Shown here: positions 1-5,174 of the stretch, piece after piece
Layout: each line of letters starts with the position of its first letter
Numbering within the stretch: position 1 is the first letter of the stretch
DNA from: Candidatus Iainarchaeum sp.
GTDB taxonomy: Archaea > Iainarchaeota > Iainarchaeia > Iainarchaeales > CSSED10-239
Assembly: GCA_028700115.1 (NCBI GenBank)
Contig: JAQVTI010000002.1
Location: forward strand, 1 to 32,000
Direction of reading: 5' to 3'
DNA: 32,000 bases
Translations under genes and position numbers: made by a program
Notes under the pieces: model-generated
What the model saw: the letters and a program-made list of their open reading frames with translations, nothing else
Database searches by the model: none
Told to the model about the DNA's origin: nothing

Positions 1-288
1 AGTGAATGGTTAGAATATTCTGAAGGTGGTATTACTTCTTATGATATTTTGACTAATTTAAATAGTTTAAGTTATAAAGATGTTTTTTTAATAAATAAAA
101 ATTATGATACTAGTGATGGAATTGGTGTTTTTTATAGTGATAGAGGGGATAATATGGGTGATCGTGCCTTTCTTGTGGGTGGTTATTGGAGCATTGGTTC
201 TTATGCCGGAGTTCTATCTCGGCATTTGAACACTGGTCCTTCGTCTCGGTACTCTTACTTCGGTTTCCGGTGTGTAGTAGTTCCATAA
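1..288 (+). CDS. DGR target (variable) protein, C-terminal FGE/C-type-lectin-fold domain; 5' end lies outside the window
   Basis: Frame 1 is open from base 1, so the ORF-track TTG at 49 is internal. The C-terminus RAFLVGGYWSIGSYAGVLSRHLNTGPSSRYSYFGFRCVVVP matches the GGxW...GFRC pattern of DGR CLec/FGE-type variable regions. The VR sits at the extreme C-terminus. Confidence 0.85.
   Translation, partial: SEWLEYSEGGITSYDILTNLNSLSYKDVFLINKNYDTSDGIGVFYSDRGDNMGDRAFLVGGYWSIGSYAGVLSRHLNTGPSSRYSYFGFRCVVVP
162..282 (+). repeat. DGR variable repeat (VR)
   Basis: Colinear with TR at an offset of 1077 bp, with no indels. There are 15 mismatches, 14 opposite TR adenines (VR 184, 191, 194, 201, 202, 223, 233, 235, 244, 245, 250, 254, 256, 259) and one C-to-T at 246. 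Confidence 0.9.
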
Positions 289-321
289 AAAAGGATTTGA
301 TATTTACCCATCTTGTATTTT

Positions 322-360
322 GACGGGATAGACGGCCAGACGGCAAGACGGGTCAGACGA
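322..360 (+). repeat. Five tandem (A)GACGR units with 8-9 nt period; G+C-rich island 34 nt downstream of the target stop codon
   Basis: The sequence reads gacggg ata gacggc ca gacggc aa gacggg tca gacga, with GACG starting at 322, 331, 339, 347 and 356. It is about 64% G+C by my count, in a genome that is otherwise extremely AT-rich. Confidence 0.7.
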
Positions 361-381
361 AGTTGTTAATGCTTGAAACTT

Positions 382-426
382 GCAAAAATTTGTCCTCTTG
401 CCGTAAGGCAAGGTTCAAATTTTTGC
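382..426 (+). other. Long interrupted hairpin with GTAA (GNRA-type) tetraloop, between VR and orf122
   Basis: The outer stem gcaaaaatttg (382-392) pairs perfectly with caaatttttgc (416-426). The inner stem cttgcc (397-402) pairs with ggcaag (407-412) around the loop gtaa (403-406). Confidence 0.6.
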
Positions 427-479
427 TAAAGCTTTTTGAAAGTAAGGCTTATTTCTAATATTTTTTAAAAGATGATTTG

Positions 480-848
480 ATGAAACTTGAAAAAAATGTA
501 ATTTATTTTACTGGTTATATTGAAATAAATGAACTTGTGTGTAATTTTTTAAAAGAACTTGATGATTTGCAAAATTTTCAAAATAATTTTATTATAATAA
601 ATCTTAAAAATAAATGTGTTTGTTTAATTGAAAATTTTTCAAAAGGTTATTCTAGATTTTATAAAAAAGATAAATGTTTTTTTTATTCTAAATCTAAAGA
701 TAATCTTTCAGAAATTATCTCAAATTTACTTTTATTATATAAATTTGATATTTTTACAAAAGAACAATTTGATAGATATGTTTATTTATTTAATTTGAAA
801 TTTTCTATTTTTAATGGTTTATTAAAAAAATTTGAAAAAAATGAATAA
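480..848 (+). CDS. Hypothetical protein inside the DGR cassette (122 aa from the ATG), function unknown
   Basis: The ORF runs 477/480-848 and its stop lies 2 nt before the avd ATG at 851, implying an operon with avd. I recognise no motif in the sequence. Confidence 0.5.
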   Translation: MKLEKNVIYFTGYIEINELVCNFLKELDDLQNFQNNFIIINLKNKCVCLIENFSKGYSRFYKKDKCFFYSKSKDNLSEIISNLLLLYKFDIFTKEQFDRYVYLFNLKFSIFNGLLKKFEKNE

Positions 849-850
849 AT

Positions 851-1183
851 ATGTTATCTGATTTAAAACTTTATAATGAAACTTATAATCTCATATTATG
901 GTTATATCCTATTTTTAAAAAATATCCTAAATCAGATAAATATAGTCTTGGTAAAAAACAAAAAGATATTTTATTAGAGGTTATGTCTGATATTATATTA
1001 TTTAGTAAAAATAATAATTTAGATTATCTTAAAAAAATTGATTTAAATTTAGAACTTTTAAGAATTTCTTTTAGGCTTTCTAAAGATTTGAAAATAATAA
1101 ATTTTAATAAATATGAAATTATTTCCAAAAAAATAACTTCATTAGGTTCTTTAGTTGGTGGCTTGATTAAGAAATATTTATAA
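851..1183 (+). CDS. avd: DGR accessory variability determinant (Avd), four-helix-bundle family
   Basis: The protein is 110 aa and predicted all-helical. N-terminal YNETYNLILWLYPIFKKYPKSDKYSLG resembles the Avd / 23S-rRNA-intervening-sequence protein family. It sits immediately upstream of TR and the RT. Confidence 0.75.
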   Translation: MLSDLKLYNETYNLILWLYPIFKKYPKSDKYSLGKKQKDILLEVMSDIILFSKNNNLDYLKKIDLNLELLRISFRLSKDLKIINFNKYEIISKKITSLGSLVGGLIKKYL

Positions 1184-1238
1184 ATTGTTTATAGTATATA
1201 CATTTGTCTTAAAAGACAAAGGTAGTATACAGTAAATT

Positions 1239-1359
1239 TCGTGCCTTTCTTGTGGGTGGTAATTGGAACAATGGTTCAAATGCCGGAGTTCTATCTCGGA
1301 ATTTGAACAATAGTCCTTCGAACCGGAACTATAACATCGGTTTCCGGTGTGTAGTAGTT
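1239..1359 (+). repeat. DGR template repeat (TR)
   Basis: This is the non-coding copy of VR. Read in the target frame it gives RAFLVGGNWNNGSNAGVLSRNLNNSPSNRNYNIGFRCVVV, with 10 AAY codons. It contains 28 adenines, 14 of which are substituted in VR. Confidence 0.9.
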
Positions 1360-1569
1360 TTTTCCTTTTAGGTTAAATTATGAGTAATTATATTTAAGGA
1401 TATAATTAGTATTTTTAAAAAACTACATCTGTATAAACCTGATTTGTGTTTTATTTTTAAAACACCTTTTGGAAATACCAAGAGTTTAAGTCAAAAAATT
1501 TTTTTAAAATTATAATTTTTAGTAGTTTTTGATAAAATGAAATTAATTATAATTTTCTTTTGATTTTTT

Positions 1570-2631
1570 ATGAAGTCATATAATAATTTGTGGTCTGAAT
1601 TTATTTCTTTTAGAAATTTATTTCTTGCTTTTAAAAAAGCAAGAAAAGTAAAACCTAATTCTAAACAAGTTTTAGATTTTTCTTTTAATTTAGAAAAAAA
1701 TTTATTTTCTCTTCAAAAAGAATTAATTGAAAATAAATATTCTGTAAGTGCTTATAATGTTTTTACTATTTTTGAACCTAAAGAAAGGATAATTAAATCT
1801 TTGCCTTTTAAGGATAGAGTTGTTCAACATGCTTTAATAAATATTATTGAACCAATTTTTGAAAAATCTTTTATTTATGATTCTTTTGCTTGTAGAAAAA
1901 ATAAAGGTATTCATTTTGGATTAAATCGATTAAAAAAAGTAATTCAAAATAAATCTTGTCTAAAATATTTTTTAAAAGCAGATATTAAAAAATATTTTTT
2001 TTCAATAGATCATTCTATTTTAAAAGAAATTATTTTTAAAAAAATCAAAGATAAATCTCTTCAAAATTTAATATCCATAGTTATAGATAGTGATTGTTCT
2101 AATTTATCTATAAATAAAGGTGTGCCTATTGGTAATTTAACTTCTCAGTTGTTTGCAAATATTTATCTTAATGAATTTGATCAATATATAAAACACAATT
2201 TATTTGTTTCTAAATATTTTAGATATGTAGATGATTTTTTAATATTTTCTAATTCTAAAAAAGACTTAAATAAAATTTTATATTGCTGTCGTGTTTTTTT
2301 AAAAAAAGAATTAAAATTAAAAATTCCTTTTAAGAAAGCAAATATTTATTTAACTAATAATGGAGTTGATTTTATTGGTTATGTTATTTATCCAAATTTT
2401 ATTAAAGTTAGAACTAAAAGTTTAAAAAGATTTTATAAGGTTTCTAAAAAAAATATTTATTTATATGATATTGACTATATTTCTAAAGTTCAACTTGAGT
2501 CTTCTATTTGTTCTTTTTTAGGTTTTTTTAAATTTTCTAGTTCTTATAATGCTGTAATAAATATTTTTAATAATAATATTATATTTTATAATTATTTTTA
2601 TTTATTTAATAAAATTTATTTTAGTTTTTAA
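1570..2631 (+). CDS. DGR reverse transcriptase
   Basis: The 353-aa protein has RT motifs: PKERIIKSLPFKDRVVQHAL, FLKADIKKYFFSIDH, GVPIGNLTSQLFANIYL (the DGR-type IGxxxSQ signature) and FRYVDDFLIFS (YxDD). It starts 210 nt downstream of TR. Confidence 0.9.
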   Translation: MKSYNNLWSEFISFRNLFLAFKKARKVKPNSKQVLDFSFNLEKNLFSLQKELIENKYSVSAYNVFTIFEPKERIIKSLPFKDRVVQHALINIIEPIFEKSFIYDSFACRKNKGIHFGLNRLKKVIQNKSCLKYFLKADIKKYFFSIDHSILKEIIFKKIKDKSLQNLISIVIDSDCSNLSINKGVPIGNLTSQLFANIYLNEFDQYIKHNLFVSKYFRYVDDFLIFSNSKKDLNKILYCCRVFLKKELKLKIPFKKANIYLTNNGVDFIGYVIYPNFIKVRTKSLKRFYKVSKKNIYLYDIDYISKVQLESSICSFLGFFKFSSSYNAVINIFNNNIIFYNYFYLFNKIYFSF

Positions 2632-3148
2632 GATAAGAAGTTGTCATTTTCTCAATAATCTTGTTAATTTCTTTTTTTCCTCTTTCTATTTTATAAAAAG
2701 AAAGTGCATTTTCTTTATTATATTTATTTTTTCTAATAACTTTAATATCTAATTCTTTAATAATTTCTTTTTTTTTTTTTTTGTCAATAATTTTATTAGA
2801 TACAATATTTATAAAATAATTATTTTCCCCTTTTTTTAAATACCAGTTTTTTGAAATTTTATTAATTTGATCTGAACAGTTTAAAGTTAATAGCATTTCA
2901 GTAAATCTATTTTTTGATATATTAATTTTATCTATAAATTTAGAATATGTGATATATATCGCATAATTTAGGTGTATTTTGTTGTATATATGTGTGTTTG
3001 GGACAATAAATATTTCTATTTTATGATTTTGGTTATTTTTTATGTTTTCAATTCTTTTTAAATAGTTTTCTATATTATAAATATCTATTGTACAAAATAT
3101 ATTTTCAATATAATATTTTTTGTTATTAATATTAAATCTTTCTCTCAT
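2621..3148 (-). CDS. Hypothetical protein; possible Cgi121-like KEOPS subunit
   Basis: The protein is 175 aa. The segment FTEMLLTLNCSDQINKISKNWYLKKGENNYFINIV resembles, from memory, the Cgi121 motif E-I/L-L-x-x-x-S-G-x-R-Q-I-x-x-A-I-x-x-x-G followed by a beta strand. The match is weak. Confidence 0.3.
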   Translation of the reverse strand: MRERFNINNKKYYIENIFCTIDIYNIENYLKRIENIKNNQNHKIEIFIVPNTHIYNKIHLNYAIYITYSKFIDKINISKNRFTEMLLTLNCSDQINKISKNWYLKKGENNYFINIVSNKIIDKKKKKEIIKELDIKVIRKNKYNKENALSFYKIERGKKEINKIIEKMTTSYLKN

Positions 3149-3197
3149 AATAAAATAATATGATCGTAACTGTTTTAAAATTTATAGGTGAACTAAC

Positions 3198-3593
3198 ATG
3201 GTTGAATGGAGACAAATTTCTAAAAGAAAAAAAACTGGTGGAATCAATAATGCAGTAAATGCAAAAACAAAGTCTTTAAGTAATAAAGGTGGAACTTTTG
3301 TAAAGACAACAGTAAATGATGTTGAAAAAAGATTTCAAGAAAGAACTATTGGTGGGAATAAGAAAGTTAAACTTTCCCAAACAAATATTGCTTTAATTTC
3401 TATTGCAGGAAAATCTAAAAAGGTAAAAATTTTAGATGTTTTAGAAAATGAAGCAAATAAACATTTTGTAAGGCAAAAAGTTATTACAAAAGGGTGTATT
3501 ATAAAAGTAGATATTGATGGAAAAGAAGAAAAAGCAAAAGTTACTTCTAGACCAGGTCAATTTGGACAAGTTTCTGCTATTTTAGTTAAATAA
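3198..3593 (+). CDS. rps8e: 30S ribosomal protein S8e (eS8)
   Basis: Diagnostic segments are WRQISKRKKTGG, ERTIGGNKKVKL, KKVKILDVLENEANKHFVRQKVITKG and KVTSRPGQFGQVSAILV. A GGTGA motif lies 7 nt upstream of the ATG. Confidence 0.9.
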   Translation: MVEWRQISKRKKTGGINNAVNAKTKSLSNKGGTFVKTTVNDVEKRFQERTIGGNKKVKLSQTNIALISIAGKSKKVKILDVLENEANKHFVRQKVITKGCIIKVDIDGKEEKAKVTSRPGQFGQVSAILVK

Positions 3594-3602
3594 ATTTAAT
3601 TT

Positions 3603-4154
3603 ATGTTTTCTAAATTTAAACAAACTTTAAAAACAGATTTTAATAATAAAAAAAAAAGATTAGTTTCTCTTTATTTTTTATTTCTTTTTCTATTTTTCTT
3701 TATTATATTTTTTTTATTATTTTCAAAAACTTTTATTTATAGTTATATAAATTATTTTTATGGTATTTCTTCTTTTTTCATAATCAAAAATATTTTTCTA
3801 ATTAGTTCTAGTTTTGTTTTTGATAGTTTGAATAATGTTTCTATTATTTTAATTTCTTCTTTAAATTATCCTGTTTTTATTACTTTTTTATGTACTGGTA
3901 TACTTGAACTTAGTTTAATCTTTTCTGCTATAGTGTCTTCTTTTAATTTTTCTATTATAAAAAGATTAAAAGGTTTATTTTTAGCTTTATTTGTTGTTAT
4001 TATTTTTAATATATTTAGAATAAGTATAACTATTTTTATTATTACAAAATTTAATTTAGGTATTGCAAATTTAATGCATGGTTTTTTATTTAGATTATTT
4101 ATAATTATAATTGTTATTGGTACATATTATTTTTGGACTAAGAAAATAAAATAA
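3603..4154 (+). CDS. Exosortase/archaeosortase-family integral membrane protein (small Art-like)
   Basis: The 183-aa polytopic protein has FLCTGILE (Cys97), IFNIFRI (Arg139, 42 residues after the Cys) and LMHGF (His159). This fits the Cys/Arg/His catalytic pattern and the spacing of archaeosortases. Confidence 0.55.
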   Translation: MFSKFKQTLKTDFNNKKKRLVSLYFLFLFLFFFIIFFLLFSKTFIYSYINYFYGISSFFIIKNIFLISSSFVFDSLNNVSIILISSLNYPVFITFLCTGILELSLIFSAIVSSFNFSIIKRLKGLFLALFVVIIFNIFRISITIFIITKFNLGIANLMHGFLFRLFIIIIVIGTYYFWTKKIK

Positions 4155-4538
4155 TTATTTATTTTCTTTAATAATTTTTTTAACTTGAGAAATAGTTGCG
4201 TATTCTAATGGATTAATATTATCTATAATATATTTCATTTCTTTTAAGTCTTCTTCTTTTGCAAATTTTTTTGAAAAAAGTTCTAAAGAATGTTCAAGGT
4301 GTTCTATTTTTTTTTCAATATTATCCATTCTTTTTGTAATGTCTTTAATCTCTTGAAAGTTTAGTCCTGTACTATTATTTGTAGTTTCTGTTTTTGATGC
4401 AATTTTTTTATTTAAAACAAGTATATTTCTTCCCAAGATTTTTTCATTATGAACTAAATATTTTATTTTTTGTCTTAATACTAAAAGACTTGATTGTAAG
4501 GCTTTAATATCTTGATATATTCCAGATTGTTCAGGCAT
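4155..4538 (-). CDS. Hypothetical coiled-coil protein
   Basis: The 127-aa protein is heptad-like and K/E/L-rich, with no motif I recognise. It is convergent with the archaeosortase-like gene with zero spacing. Confidence 0.5.
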   Translation of the reverse strand: MPEQSGIYQDIKALQSSLLVLRQKIKYLVHNEKILGRNILVLNKKIASKTETTNNSTGLNFQEIKDITKRMDNIEKKIEHLEHSLELFSKKFAKEEDLKEMKYIIDNINPLEYATISQVKKIIKENK

Positions 4539-4656
4539 ATTTAATCTTTTTTATTTTTCTTATTTAATATATATTGTATATTTTCTTTTAAAGCTTTTTC
4601 TTTTTCTTTTTTTAGTTTCGCGTAATTAATTTTATTCAGTTATTAAATTAAATACC

Positions 4657-4664
4657 TTTATAAA
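4657..4664 (+). promoter_or_regulatory. Candidate TATA box for the 4720 gene
   Basis: The sequence is tttataaa, 56 nt upstream of the ATG. A GGAGGT motif lies just upstream of the start. TATA-like strings are frequent in this AT-rich DNA. Confidence 0.3.
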
Positions 4665-4719
4665 TACTTTCTCTCTATATATTATTACAAACCACATTTG
4701 GTTTTTGGAGGTATAATTT

Positions 4720-5124
4720 ATGAAAAAAGTGTTTTTTATTTTTATGATTTTATTAGTTTCTTTATTTTCAGCATTTATTTTTGCAGAAGATTTTGATATT
4801 ACTGATGTTTCATATTCTTATGTTACTTATGATTATCCAATATATCCAAATGTAAGTTATCAAAGAAATTATTCTCAAGCAGGTTATGATTATATAAATA
4901 CATATAATTCATATGCTACAATAAATCCATATTCTGGAACTTATTATAATTCTTATCCAGCATATAATTATTATGCTTATAATAATTATCCTGTATATAC
5001 TTATTATCCTACACATAGTTCGTATATAACTCCAGTTTATTCTTCTTATACAAATTATTATCCATATAATTCTAATAATTTATCTTATTCAAATGGAAAT
5101 TCTTATGTTTCTTTTACATGGTAG
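4720..5124 (+). CDS. Secreted Tyr/Asn/Ser-rich low-complexity protein
   Basis: An N-terminal signal-like segment (MKKVFFIFMILLVSLFSAFIFA) is followed by a mature region with 31 Tyr by my count and almost no charged residues. A GGAGGT SD is present. Confidence 0.7.
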   Translation: MKKVFFIFMILLVSLFSAFIFAEDFDITDVSYSYVTYDYPIYPNVSYQRNYSQAGYDYINTYNSYATINPYSGTYYNSYPAYNYYAYNNYPVYTYYPTHSSYITPVYSSYTNYYPYNSNNLSYSNGNSYVSFTW

Positions 5125-5174
5125 TTTTTATTTTTAAAAAATGTTTTTTTTAATTTATTAATGTGTGATTTAAA

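Larger units (their letters stand above)
1..2631 (+). mobile_element. Diversity-generating retroelement (DGR) cassette: target gene 3' end with VR, spacer, orf122, avd, TR, reverse transcriptase
   Basis: A 121-bp repeat pair (162-282 and 1239-1359) has mismatches almost exclusively at adenines of the downstream copy. An Avd-like four-helix protein and an RT with IGNLTSQ and YVDD motifs lie in the canonical order on the same strand. Confidence 0.9.

Noticed and set aside
110-346. 78-aa minus-strand ORF overlapping VR and the AGACGG array
   Set aside because: It is antisense to a well-supported coding region (the DGR target C-terminus). It has no SD-like motif and its composition is implausible. 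It is a shadow ORF.
1570-2631. RT considered as a group II intron, retron or Abi-type RT
   Set aside because: A TR/VR pair with adenine-specific differences and an Avd gene are adjacent. The RT has IGxxxSQ and not the group-II QGxxxSP signature. I saw no intron RNA domains, maturase or endonuclease domains, or retron msr/msd-like inverted repeats.
1-3200. DGR region considered as part of a prophage or integrated mobile island
   Set aside because: No integrase, capsid, terminase or att-like direct repeats are visible in the window, and housekeeping genes follow immediately. The left flank is outside the window, so this cannot be fully excluded.
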